A stretch of DNA of 64,000 nt from Octopus vulgaris (GCA_951406725.2 OX597818.1:40176001-40240000), one strand, 5' to 3'; counted from the first letter of the stretch, positions 36,701-51,600 are shown. Made by a program: numbers and translations. Notes: a model not told the origin generated them from the sequence alone.

Positions 36701-39700
36701 ATCTTTTCCCCTTCATTCAACTCATCTGTTCCTCACTTATCTTATGACCTCATACATAAATTCACGTAATAGTGTATTATATGAAATTGTTTGCTATTTA
36801 AATTTCAAATTTTCTTCTCAAATTATTTGTATAAATCATTGTTCATTAGAAGTAGAAGGGAGGTAACGAAGATTTAAGTTCATTGCTAATGTTTAGCTAT
36901 GCAATTAAGCTGGGCTGCGGGGTCACTCCGAAAAGCTCTATCTACGACGATTTCATCTCAATCGAGGGAGAGGGGCTTTCTCCGTCCGGGTTGCGGATCC
37001 ATGGAATAAGCTGCCGGACGAGATAGTGAAGATGCCGACGACCGCTCGGTTCAAAGTCTCTCTTGACCAGAAATGGCCTGAATGAACTCTTTGTATGACC
37101 ACTCTCTCTGTACATAACTCCCTGCCCCCCTACATGGCCTTGCTTTTGCTTTTTGAGCCAATAAAAATTGAATTGAATTGAATTGAAGCTGCTACACAAA
37201 TTGATTATAGAGATATTTTCAACAAGGCAAACACTCTAGAGCATGTAGATAGATATGAACACATAATATTTAGACAATAGCCAAGTATCTTAATTTATCT
37301 AATTTGTGCACTTTGACATGCATACAGTGTCCTATTGATGTGGTCTTGAGTAAAGTTTTCTGACAGCTGTTATTGAATGATATATCAATTTCTTTATTTT
37401 AAAAATGATATTTTTTTCCATATTCAGTATTGAGTGATGTTTGCTTTTATAAGCAGGTCGAGCTTAAAAATCCCCATCAAATGAAGACAACGATCTTGAA
37501 TTTTATTGCTTGTTCACTGTAATTTTATTTTGAAATAAATGACAAAAGACGATGTGAATCTATTCTTGAAGAAATGTATTATGTACACCAGATCTTTCAA
37601 CAAAATATTTTCTATTCAGGTGTGGATGTGGCTGTGTGGTTAAGGAACTTGCTTCCCAACCATGTGGTCTTGGGTTCAGTCCCACTGTGTGGCACCTTGG
37701 GCAAATGTCTTCTTCTATAGCCCCAGGCTGACCAAATTCTTGCGAGTGGATTAGGTAGACAGAAACTGAAAGCCCATCATGTGTGTATGTGTATGACTGT
37801 GATTGTGTTTGCCCCTCCCCTGTTTGTCGGCCGGTACTAGTTTGTTTACATTCCAGTAACCTAGAAGTTCATTAAAAGCAACTGATAGAATATCTACCAG
37901 GCTTAAAAAAGTATAAACAGGCATTGATTTGCTTGATGAAACCCTTCAAGGTGGTGCTCCAGTATGGCCACAGTCCAATGACTGAAGCAAGTAAAAGATA
38001 AAACAATTCTACTTTCCTATACCTCCCAGTGTACAATCTTCTACATTTGCATAATGATTCATTCATTGCTTCTTTAGCAAGTACAGTATAGTGTATGCTT
38101 TGCTGATTAGGTCATAATAAGACCAACACATGCTTTGAGTTATCCCCATATTTCCTGAAATAAAAAAAAAAATTATTATTTACTAATATTGACTTTAGGG
38201 ATGGAAAGGAGTGATACCACACCAGTTATTGTGTTTGTATAAGTTGCCGTTCTTAGGATGTTTGGCAATAAGCCTAGTCAGTCGAACTGGTGTTACCCTC
38301 CAAGATGCTCCTAAAAAGATAAAGTAGCACTAGTATTAATGTAGGAATATCTGGCTTAATCATCTCTGCACAGATTAAGTCAACACCTGCTTCTCTGCCA
38401 CACTTCCTGGCTTTGATAGCTTCCATGAGGATCTCAGTTGATGTATTGGGTCATCCAATAAATAATGCATTTTTTTTTATACTACTTTTATTTTGCAAAA
38501 TTAAGATAAATAAAATTTTTTAAAATTTAAGATACACTCTCTTTTATTTTCTACAATGCTCTTCCATCTATCTGGCAGACTTGCAAGGCTCCTCTTCCAA
38601 AATTCACTTGTCCATGATGAAAAATACTCCTCCAGTACTGTTTTGATCTCATCTACAGAATTCATATTTTTTCTCTCAAAATGATTTTGAAGACTGCAGA
38701 ATAAATGATAATCAGATGGGGCAATCTCTGGCAAATATGGTGGATGGGGTATCGTTTCACATTCCAACTGCTCTAGCCTTTGGAATATCATCCTTGCTGT
38801 ATGTGGCTGAGCATTATCTTGATGGAAGAACATCTCTGTCTTAAAACCAAAGCTGGTTGTTTATCTTCTAGCACTGACTTATGCTGCTCAAGCTGTTCGC
38901 AGTATATCTCCTTTCTTATCATTTGGTTTGGGTTTAAAAGTTCAAAGTGGTCTAAACCTTTCATATCCCACCAAACAGGTAATAACACATTACATAGGTG
39001 AAGACCTTTTGCATGGGATGCTGGTGTTTCTCCTTTCCCTACCTACTGTCTTTGGTGCTTGACATTTTTATAGAGGACCCATTTCTTGTCACCAGTTACT
39101 ATTTGATCTAAAAAAGTTTCATTCATGAGACTTGACAGCAAAGAAGAGCACACATTCATTTGCTGCATGCAATTAGACTCGGGAAGTTTGTGAGGAACTC
39201 ATTGACCCAATTTGCCAACTTTTCCAATGGCACACAGGTGTCGATGAATGATTGAATGACCAAATCCAAGCTTCTATGCTAGTTCCTCAACAGTTACGAT
39301 GAGATTTTGTTCCACCAGGTTTTGCATGACATACTTGTTGAGCTCTACAGATCTTCCAGAACGAGGCTTGTCTTCTAAGCTGTAGTTTTTGGCTCAGAAT
39401 TTCTGGAACCACCATTGACACTGGCTTATGTTTATTGTCCGATCCCCATATACTACATTAATATTCCTTGCACTTTCCATTGCGTTGTTGCCTTTATTTA
39501 ACTCATAAAGCAAAATATGCTGAATATGCTCCTTTGTCACTTCCATTATGGCTTTGAAAAATATTTGTTAAAATCGAACTGCACTCTTCAAAACTTGCAC
39601 TAAGAATAAGGACAAGGTAAAATTACTACTTGTTTTTATAGCAAGTTGATGCAGGCAGTTTATCCTGTCCCCTTCTGACTTTTAGTTCATGCAATTGAAA

Positions 39701-42700
39701 AAAAAAACCGCATTATTTATGAGATGACCCAATAGATAGACTAATGTTGATGTTAAGCACATCTACTGTTGGTCGAGAGTTAGCAGGCTCGTTTGGCTGA
39801 AGATAGTTTATCACTTCCTAGAAGTGTTGGACTCGTCCTTCTACTTGAGTTTGTTTATTTGTTATTATAGTGCCATCTTTATCTCTGTTGGGAGAAAACT
39901 GGCAGATGTTGCTGCCACAAAGTTGTTTGATGATTTATAAACTGTATATGTATTCCCATTGGTAATTTGAGTCAAGATGGACAAGAATATCTCAATCAAA
40001 ACAGAATTGGAAGCACATTGTGACCAGTGGTTAAACAATACTCATCTCTCCTCTGGCTGCAGTTTGCATGGCTTCACATACCACTCCTAAAAAAAAAAAA
40101 GAGCACCTATCCTTCCTGAAGCTTGATTGATGCCCAAGAAAATCAATAAGGTTATAGGTGTATAAAAAAGTTTTGTGATAAATCTTCTGTTTAAAATCCG
40201 CAATGATAAAATGTGTAAATAATTTACGTTGTGGAAAAAAATGTTGCTCCAGCTGTTATATTAGGGTAAATGAAACAGACCGTTGAAAACATAATAAGGT
40301 AAAAGTTAACCTTGTTTAATAATTATATTTAAATGATAAATTACCATAATCTTGCCACTGTTATGTAGTTTTGACAAGATAAGCTTCATTAAGTTGGGAG
40401 GAGAATCAAAGGATCAATGTGTTTAATCAGGGTCTCCTACTATGGCTGTCTCATCGGTGGGAAAGGGTACAGTTTAAGTTACTATAGTAATATGTTGTGG
40501 GATCATACATTAACTCATTGTAAGATATACAATTTCTAAATGTATGTTCACTGTGCTGATTTATCCCTAATTAGTGGTTTGGACTTTAGCTGTCCCTTCT
40601 AGCGTAAGGGAGTCCTATGATGGAAACCTCTTAATGTGTTTAAATGTACACTGTATTTTATATGAATAATATATAGTGTATTGACTAATTTTTCTATACA
40701 CTAGGCCACTGGTAGTAAAAATTTCTAAAATCTTTATTATCCTGATATTATTAATTATATATATATATCATCATCATTGTTTAACATCCGCTTTCCATGC
40801 TAGCATGGGTTGGACGATTTGATTGAAGACTGGTGAACCAGATGGCTGCACCAGGCTCCAATCTTGATCTGGCAGAGTTTCTACAGCTGGATGCCCTTCC
40901 TAACGCCAACCACTCCGAGAGTGTGTGTGTGTGTGTGTGTATGTATATATATATATATATATATAGATATATATGTACACACACACACATACATATCCAT
41001 CCCTCCATACACACATACATACATATGTGATGGCCTTATTTAGTTCCTGACTACCAAATCCACACAGAACTTTGGTTGGCCTGAAGCAAACCTGAAACCA
41101 TATGATTTGGAAATGAATTTCTAAACCACACATCTATTCCATGCCTGTATTTAAAAATACACCTGCAGTGCACACAGATACGTTTTGCTAGACACTAGTG
41201 CATGGCAAATGCACCATCGATTATACCTGATTATTTTATATTTCCTAATTACCCATATATGGTATTGTGATATTTTATTTTTGATATTCCATCCAAGCAT
41301 GTTTTCTGCAATAGCATTATTTATTTCTAAAATTCCTTTATCCAGTTAAACCCAATATTATGAATTACATGATATTAACAATTTTACCATTAATTTTATC
41401 CACACCTGTTCGTTTGTTGCATCTTAAATTACCTTGCAATGTTTAATTAATTTTTGTTATAATCTTTTTTTAAATTTTTTGTGTGTTCTTCTTATCCGAT
41501 TTGGTCCTTGCCATTTTTTTTTTTTAATTGGTTTTCTCCAGAAAAACGTGCATCTGTATTGATCAAATCCCGTGGTAAGGCCTTCATCCAGCTGATAATG
41601 CTATATTTTACTTACCAAATTATTCTTCCAAAATAGTAGGAAAAAAAACTGTAGATAAATAAATACCTCTTGAATAATTTTGGCTGTCATAAAACTTTCA
41701 AGAAAATAAAATCTTGCATTTTCTAATTGTTTATTTTTTTCTTATGGCTGTCTTTGAACATCTGTCTATCTGACTTTTTACAACCTCGCCTTTCCTGCCT
41801 GTAATATGTCTCCTTTTATCCACCAGCCACTTCATACTATGTTTGATATCACTCTGGATATTTAGAAAAACAATGAGAATTAATTAAAAAAAAAAACCCT
41901 AAAAACACAAAGATCCAATCAATGTTGAAGAGTAGTTGTCACCTCAGGTCATCTCAGATCAAGCAGACCTGTACTAAAATGTAGTTCAGTTTTTTTTTTG
42001 TTTGGACTTTGTGTATCTAGGACTATATTATTTAATGTATTCCCTCACATTTTTAAAATAGTAAATTGTAATTTGAGGTGGTAATTTAGCTGCTATTTCT
42101 TACAGTTTGAGTCACCATGCAGAGGTTCTCTAGTTCACTTATATAAGAATTAGTCTTGGTAGGTGAGTGATGGTCTTCATTGGCAAGAATTAGATTGGAA
42201 ATTTTTTAGGTGATCCTTTTCTTCTTGGAACACTAGTCTCTTATTTCATTTCACAAGCACCAGCATACAAGTCTTTTGTTTATAATTTTAGACCAAATTA
42301 TTTATAAATGTTTTTTGTTTTTCATTTATTAACTATTCTCACTGTTGGTTAATAGCAGGATTTATGCTCAGCACTTCAGTTTTATACACTTGTCCAGGGA
42401 CTAAGCTAATAAGTTGTACTTTCTCATTGTACATTTATATATCAGGATGGACTGAGACACTGAAAGTTAAGCAGGCCAAGAGCCATATCATTATAATCAG
42501 TTGTAACTCTTAGTACACTTATAGCTATATCATTTTCTATATAGTTTGTAACACAATGTAACCAGCACCATTTATTAGTCCACTCCATGCAATTCAGTCA
42601 AAAGCATTTTTTATGACTTTGGTTGTGTTCGTTTTATTGTTAGTGTTTCCTGCTAGTGCTAGGTAACATTCAAAGTGTGACATATTGAGCTATGTACATA

Positions 42701-45515
42701 CATTCATACAAACATTCATACATACATAACATTAAGTTTATTTATATACCAAGACGATATGAACTAGAGAATTTTGATATACCAAAGTAAATTTTGAAAG
42801 ATCTTCAACAAGTACATCCTGCCAGTGATGATTTGCAGTAGTGAAACATGGGTTCTCGAAACTACTGTCTTGAACACCCTCATTGTAGCCCAATTAAATC
42901 CTGCTCAGCATCACACTTAGGGACATCATAAAGACTATCAAGGAGAACAGATATAGATGGGCTGTCCTCATCACACAACTGAAGAACAACAGATGGACAA
43001 TCGGAGGGATGAAACACACCAAAACAATGGACAAGATCAAGAGGCTGACCAAAGACAAGATGGTGAGATGATCTCACCCTCTACCTGTAGCCTACATGGC
43101 CATAGCTGGCTTGAGGCAGATGACAGTGGAAGGAGTCTTAGGAAGGGGTTTCTCCTTAAGAAGTGAAGCCCTGATTGAGGTTGAAGCTGTGATTGAAGAT
43201 ACATGCTTAAGGTATTGCTCAGTTGGATTGAACTGTGACTGAGAGAAATGATACTACTTGGCTTTGGTATACACATTTCCCAATACAAAATCTATTCTTT
43301 GACTGTCTTTTATATAGAATATTAAGAAAAAAAAAGAAATACAGCTTATTACATTTCATATAGCATTTCATATACCCATTCTTTGTTTTTTGGTTCATCC
43401 TAGTGAAAGAAGAGATAAAATTTTAACTTTTTGGAGATAGATTTGATCTTTTATGGAAGTAACATTCTTAGAATAAAACTTTCAGAAATGTTATTTTAGA
43501 ATATCACACACGCACACACTGAGGACTAAGAAGATTAGGGATTTATTCAGAGTGATACTAAACTAGAATCTGATGCATTACCGAATATATGTGCATGATA
43601 TGACGTTTCTTCCTTCTTACCATTGAAAGAGGCAGCAAGGCATGTTTTGGCATGAGTGAATATATTTAGATGAGTAAATACTAACAAAAAAAAACAAAAC
43701 ATCTTTTGTTATTTTTGGAGGAAAATTCTTTTTTTTTTTCTTTTTGCATTCATTTTCTGTTCCTTCGGTATTCTAAAACTATTTTTTCCCCCTTTATTTC
43801 ATGTCTCTGCAATGTTCTATCTGAACCTAGGAAAATCTCTCATCTCTTTGAAAATAAAAATGTATAGCTTGGAATTTCTATATCATGTATACTGTAATTT
43901 ATATTTTAGACTTGTATGTGTGTGTGTGAGGGAGAGAAATTAATAGTATCTTTTTTTGAAATATTTTCATTCAGAAATGTAAGGCCTTCCCTTGATATCC
44001 TTAATTATTATAAGATAATCAAATTCTATTCCACTGATTCTGTTTGATAGTTAGACACACATATTATATCATTATCAATGTTAGCCTTCATCTAGAAAAT
44101 CCTGATTTGTTTATAGTCAGTTCCTTATGTTTCTTGTTCACTATTCCTTTCCAAGTAGCAATTACAGGTAAATCACGCAGTGAATGTATAAGGTGGTGAG
44201 GTGGTAGAATCATTAGCATGTCAGACAAAATGCTTAGTATCATTTATTTCAGGTCTCTACATTCTGATTAAAATCCTGTTGAGGTCAACTTTGCCTTTCA
44301 TTCCTTTGGGGTTGATAAAATAAAGTGCCTGTCAAGTACCGGGGTTGATGCAATCAAGTGAGTGTCTTCCCTCAAAAATTGCTGGTTTTGGACCCTGTGA
44401 TGATTTGACGTCTTGTTCAAGGAAAATGTGATTTTGGTCAGATACATGCTATATGGATACTGATTATCTAACTTTATGAGTTTTAGGGCTCAATGAAGAA
44501 AAAAGAAATTACTAAAATGATTGTAAAAGTTTTATAAAAATCTATCTATCTGAATAAAAGGAATGAAATACTGTTAGAAATGAAATAAGTTAAAAAATAC
44601 ATTACAAGTTGCTTGTCATTTATGTATGTTGGTGTTAGAATGGTTAAATGCATCATATGTTTAACCCTTATGATGCCAACCTGCCTAAGATAGCACAACC
44701 CCCTGGTTTTTTATGATATAAAATGTCTTGTTTCCAAAAAAAAAAAAAACCTTTATCAAAATTTTGTGCTAATTTCAAACATCATCTTAATAATGATAGA
44801 ATTAGTTTTTTTACTAAATTCTTCCTTATTTCCAAAGTTAATTGAAAGTGAAGTATAGTAGGAATGTAGAAATATGGTAACAAATGGGTTAATGGTTGTT
44901 CTTTTTTTTATCATTTAAAGAGCTCTGAATGAGTTGTTTGTTCAATATTCAATGTGATTATATTACATTGTACTATATTGTTAGTATTGTATAACATAGC
45001 ATAATATATCACGAAAATTTGTACTTACTCCTTAATCTACTTTTCATACAATTTCCAAATTAAATTTGAATCTTAAATTGATTCATGATTATTTCAAAGT
45101 AAACCATCTTGTATCATTCTAAACCATCTTGTATCATTCTATTGGTTTAATCTTATGGTGCATACTCCTGTATGACCATTGAAATATTCATTTAATGCTC
45201 ACACAAACTAGGTAATAGTTAAAGCTAATGAGATGACCATCTCTTCCTGTAGATTTCTGAATATGTTGCTTTTTCTGTCTATTTTATTGCATTCAGTGGT
45301 GACCTTTCCTGAGTATTTGCCATTAGAATTTTAATTTGATCCACTGCTTATTTAACAATGAGAAGAGAAAAAACTCTGCAAAGGCAAAATGGAGCAATAA
45401 AAATTTTAATAATTATTTATGCTACTAATAATCATTTAATAAGTGTCATTTTTGCTGCTATTAATTACAGTAGCTTACAATTTCATCATCATCATCATCA
45501 TCATTATTGTTGCTG

Positions 45516-45547
<32 letters not shown>

Positions 45548-48500
45548 GAGAAGATAGTAAGCAGGCAGAATTGTTAGCATGTCACACAAAGTGCTTAGCA
45601 GCATTTTGTCTTAACATTCTGAGTTCAAATTCTGCTGAGGTCAACTTTACTTTTCATCCTTTCAGGGTTGATAAAATAAGTACCAGTTAAACACTGGGGT
45701 TGATGTAATCGATTCATCCCATCCAGCATAATTACTGCCCTTGTGGCAAAATTTGAAGCCATTATCATTATTATTACTACTATTATTATTATTATTATTT
45801 TTTTTTTTATTTTTTTTATCTCCATCAAAATGACACTGGGATAAAATATACGAAGCCCGGTACACCCATCATGACTACCTGTCTGATATGGATACACTAG
45901 GTACATGCATCACAACCATATGTGCGCGACATGGTGATCTCATATCAAGATAAACAGCACATGACCTTGCAGGTTGGGGCTCAGTTAGAATTTTCTTCTG
46001 ATCGAGTAACACATCCTGCTCAAGAGGTCTCTGAATAAGGGTTGTTTAAGGATTTTGAACGAAACACCCATGTTTCCAAAGGTGAATTATTCAAACCCCA
46101 AAGAATCCCTCTCATCATCATCATTATTATTATGTGAGAGAGCAGTGCATGCCATCAAAGTGACACTGGGCTATAATATATGAAGCCCAGTATACCCATC
46201 ATGACTACCTGTCTAATAAGGGTACACCATGCACATGCATCGCAACCATATATGTGCGTCATGGTGATCTCATGTCAAAATAAACAGCACATAACCTTGC
46301 AGGTGGGGCCCAGTTAGAATTTTCTTCAGGTTGAGTAGCCCACCCTGCTCAAAAGGTCCCTGAATAAGGTTCATTTAAGGATTTTGGAAAAAAAAAACGC
46401 CTATGTTTCCAGAGGTGAATTATTTTAATCTGTAAAGAATTCCTCTCAACACATGACTATGATGCTCCCCAACTACTTTTGTTTGTGATCAAAGATACTC
46501 ATATCGTCAGCCACTAAGGGACATGCTCAACTGGTGAAGGTCAAACAACTGACAAGCAAATCTGTGGTACTGAGCAGAATGTTTTCTGTGGCTCATCTTT
46601 TACATCAAGTCAAAATGATGTACATGATAACACTTCCAATCAGTTAAGATCAGAAGCTATGAGAGCCACTGTCTGGTACTGCATCAGAGCATATATTATT
46701 ATTATTATTATTATTATTGTTATTATCTTGTCTATGTTCATAAAGTATTCTGATTTTGCTTCACTAACCTTTTTCTTTTGACTGACATAGTTATTTCAAA
46801 ATGCTTTTATTTTACCTGTAATTCTTGTAAGCAAGATTACTGGTTTTATTTTTGAAATAATATTTGCTTCTTTGACATTATGAAATCATACTAAAACTTT
46901 AATCAATGACAACATTTTGTGATTTCTTAATTCAATCTTAGTAATTATATTGTTAAAAATTGATTCTGATTGAACTTGAAAGGAATTTGTTAAACAGAGA
47001 TCCTCCACGTTATGGTAATTATGCTGAAGCACAGTCTTGGTCTTTTACTCAAATCGACCCTTGTACTTATGATTTTTGTAAGTCTAGTGCTTATTCCTTT
47101 GGTCTCTTTTGCCAGAGACCACTAAATCATGGAGGCATAAACAAATCAACACCAGTGATCAAATAGTTGTCATGAGTTATCACACACATGTGTGTATATA
47201 TGTATGTATGTATGTATATATATATATACGGAGATGTACTTGCATAGCAAGTGACCTGATCTGAGATCGTGTGCTGGAACGAAAACAATTGCAGCATGGA
47301 AGGTGTTTATAAGCCATTTAAGAAATGCACAAAAACATATGTACATATATATCATGAACTAACTGTTACTTTCTCAGATGCAGCACGGAATTTTGTCAGT
47401 GAACACGTCGCAGTCTCAAAGAGACGAAAATATTTTGACAAATTAAATTTAAATGTTCAAGTGAATCTAACAGTTTTTGTGTGTTTCTTAAATGGCTTAT
47501 AAACCCCTTCCATGCTGTAATTGTTATATATATATATATATATATATACATACATACACACACACACACCATCATCATCATCATCATAATTTAGTGTCTG
47601 CTTTCCATGGTGGCATTGGTTAGATGGTTCAACTGGAACTGGAGGACTGTACTAGGTTCCAGTCTGTTGTGGCATGGTTTCTGTGGCTGGATGTCCTTCC
47701 TAATGCCAACCAATCCAAGAATATAGTGGGACTTTTTATGTACCACTGGCATGGGTACCATTTGCGTAACACCAACAATGGTCAGGGCAATAGCCATGAC
47801 TACTATTTCATTAAAATATATACACATATATGGATTCAGCTGATTTGGTGGTAGTCATAAAAAACCCAAAGCTCCTTTGTTTTATCATTATTATATTTCT
47901 CTTGTTATTTATAACTTATATATATGGATACAACAGGTGCTCTTGTACCAGTGCCACATAAATGCACACATGCTGGTGGCACATAAAAAGTATCCAGTAC
48001 ACTCTGTAAAGTAGTTGGCATTAGGAATGGCATCCAGCCATAGAAACCATGCTAAAACAGACAGTTGGAGCCTGGACAACTCTCTAGCTGGCCATCTCCT
48101 GTCAAACTGTCCAACTCATGCCAGCATGCAAAATTGGCATTAAACAATCATGTTGATGATGATGATGAAAGATATGTAATGGCTTTACACACCGTTTCTG
48201 TCTACCAAATTCACTCATAAGGCATTGGGTCACCTGGAGCTATAATAGAAGACACAGTGGTATTGAACTCAAAATCAACTGATTGCAAAATGAGTTTCTT
48301 AACCACACAACCAAGCCTGTGTCTTTTCTTTTTTTGAAATAATTCTGTGCAAAAGCATTGCAGCTTCTAACATGGAAGAGAAAAGGACAAGGATAAGTTT
48401 TTGTAGCAGACATTCACCCAAGTTGCTATTAAGTAGAATTGAACCTGAAAACATGTGGTTAAGAAATTTGCTTTGTGACCACACGGTTTGAGATTCAGTC

Positions 48501-48627
48501 CTATTGAGTGACACCATAGCTAAGTGTCTTTTACTGTAACCCTTGGTTGACCAATGTCTTCTGAATGAATTTGATATATGGGAACTACCAACTGTGTGGA
48601 CAGCTTGTTGTCATACTTACACACATA

Positions 48628-48658
<31 letters not shown>

Positions 48659-51600
48659 GCACACATGTACTCGTGTGTGCGTGCATGTCTGTTATGTGTG
48701 TGTCTTCACCTTTCGAAATTGCCTGAAAAATTGCTGACCTACAGATGGTGTTGTCTGTTGTCATTTACTTGTCGACAAATTATCTGTGAGCTCTACACTT
48801 TGAGATGCAAGGAAAGAATTAAAACTCTCACTTGAGAAAACAGCTGACCGTTAATAGCAGCAAGGGTATTTGGCTGTAAAACTGTCTTAAATGTATGTAC
48901 TCACCTAACCCAGATGTGATTTTCAGGTATTTTCCCTTGACATAACACAACGAAGACCACATTATTCTATGTTCATTTCTCATTTTATAAAGTGTGTAAC
49001 TTTAAAGATATTTGGTTGCTATTTCTAGCAGGTTATGCAACCAAGTAAAAACGCTTTCCTTTTCTCTTTTACTAGCGTTTTCTATCTTGAGTGAGTTTTC
49101 CCCATACATCTATGTTCTTTAATAATCATTGTCTGTCATTTGACTACATTTGAAGCTGTTTATTATAACAGACGAGCAAAATGCCCCCTGTCCAATGGAC
49201 AGTGCTGAATTGTCAAACATTTAAACCAAATTTTCTCAAAACAACTTGTCCGACCGTCCCATAGGCCTCCCCTTTGAGAAACACTGATTTAACCTAAATT
49301 TGAGACACCAACAAAAGAAGAAATAAAGATAGACATTTTTTCTATTCCAAAGAAAAACGATTTTATTCACACAAGTATGCAACTGAAGAATTTAAAGTAC
49401 CAGTAATGATAAGGCTGTTGACTGGGAGAACGCAAACATGGTTTAAACAGTAAACTTGGCAGGAGAGAAATGTGCCTTTAAGCAGTACGAAAACAACAAA
49501 AAATGGAAGGTGCAGTTATGTACAGGTTGACGGAAGAAAAGCAGGACAAAAACGGCTTTATTGATCGCATTCTCACCTGGAATTAATTTTTGTAATTTTT
49601 TCAAGACTATACATGCCCTGATACTGTCAGTATCTACATATCAATTTTGAGCGCAATCGGATGGAGGATGCCCGAGATCCTAGAATACACATGCACAGAC
49701 AGACAGAATGGATTTTATATAATAGATAATGCTACCAACAAGTTATTGTTATAAAATTTAGTGGATCCTAAACTCTTTATTTGCTTTATCGAATAGTCAT
49801 CATCCAAAGTAATCACAATAAGTGATATCCACAGTATTAGCACATGAAGAATCATACATCTTCATACATTTTAAAACAACAAAGCATTTCTAAGAAGACA
49901 AAAAGAAACATCATTATCATTTAACATCCATTTTCTATGCTGGCATGTGTTGGACATTTTGACAGCTGGCCAGTTGGAGAACTCCCCAGGCTCCATGTTC
50001 GTTTTGGTATGGTTTCTATGGCTAGAGATCCTTCCTAATGCCAACCACTTTACTGGATGTACTGGATGCTTCTGTGCACCACTGACACAGCTGCTTCTAC
50101 ATGGAATTCCCACGGGTGCTTTTTACATGGCACCAGCACCCATGAGCCTAGAAGATTAGGATCTCTCAGCTGAAGAATTATGCAGGGGCACATGCCTACA
50201 TGCAAGGACAACTACAGTTTCATTTACCTTGATATGTCTTCTCAAGCACTGCAAACTACCAGAAGTCTTGGTCCCTTGTCATTCCTCCTGTGAGGCCCAA
50301 CATCTTAAGATCCTTTCTCACCACTTCATCCCACATCTTCTGAAGTCTACTCCTTCCATACATTCCCTCCACAATTAGTGATCAGCACTCCCTGATGCAT
50401 CTGTCTTTAGTCATATGTATCACATAACCATACCAGTGCAGTCTTCTCTCTTGCACTCTACATTTGATGCTTCGTATACCCAGTTTTCCCCTCAAATCAC
50501 TTGTACTCTGTTTTATATGCCCACTGGCATTACCGATCCAGCAAGCATACTGGCGTCTTTACTTTCATTGGCATCACGATCCATTTGCAAATGTAAAATG
50601 CTGGAAAAGCAAATTATTTTTCTGTAATATAATTAAAAATGCTCAAAATAAAATATTTCTCTGCAAGTCTGTTATATATAAAAAATAATTTGATTGAAAT
50701 AACTAGATATGAAATATAAAAATTGAGATCATTATTTCAGGTGTAAGTCTTTTTGTTATTAAAATCTTTTATTGATGTTTATTCCAGACTTTCTTCGGCG
50801 GTGGTGTCTGCTAGAACATGGTCGACTTAGTTATTATGCTGACAAAAAGGTATGTAGTATGGATTTAATCTACTGATTACTATTGAACTTGAATATTCCA
50901 AAATGTATTTTGTGCCTTAACACATGGGTGAATTTCTTTTTTGATATGATGTAGAGGAAAATGATTTAATTAAGCTCTTTCCTCTCTTTGGAGAGTAGGC
51001 CATCAGTGGCTTTGTTCCTCTTTTCTCATCTCTCAGCTGTCATCTCCCTGCACTTAGTGGTTTTGAATTGTTATAGTTGTTTCTGTAACTTTGCTTTGTT
51101 CTATTTAGGAGCATTGTCCATATGTAACTCATTTTTACCTCAGGAAACAGGTAGACCATATTAGCCTGGCCTCTATCTTTTGACCTGTCCAAGATAGGAG
51201 GTCCTACAAGGAGATTGTGCTCTGCTGGTATAACTCTCAGGGATCTGTATTTGTATGTGATAATATAGATGACTGCATCAGTATGGTAGCAAACAACCAA
51301 TTGAAAGAAAGGTCAATGGTTTGTATGCTTTAGCTGAAACTTGTTTTAGGCCAAGCCAAATCCATCTATCTGTGACTAGGTACCTTATGCTGGCATAACT
51401 CAGAACTATAAGCAGTGGCTGCTCTCTTGGGAAAATTACGTGATACTGCTAGTCTATCTAAGGGCAGATTTCTCTCTTTCACTTAACCATAAATCAGAAA
51501 TTAGAAGTAATTATTGATTCAGTAGATTTCACTGCAACTGATTTCACTGCTTCTAACAAAAACAAATGCTTTATGAGGGGAGCAAAACTTAAGACGCAAC

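Noticed and set aside
43831-43861. AG...GT-bounded 31-nt segment after a pyrimidine tract
   Set aside because: The length is not a multiple of three, so it would shift the frame, and the donor (gtatag) is weak.
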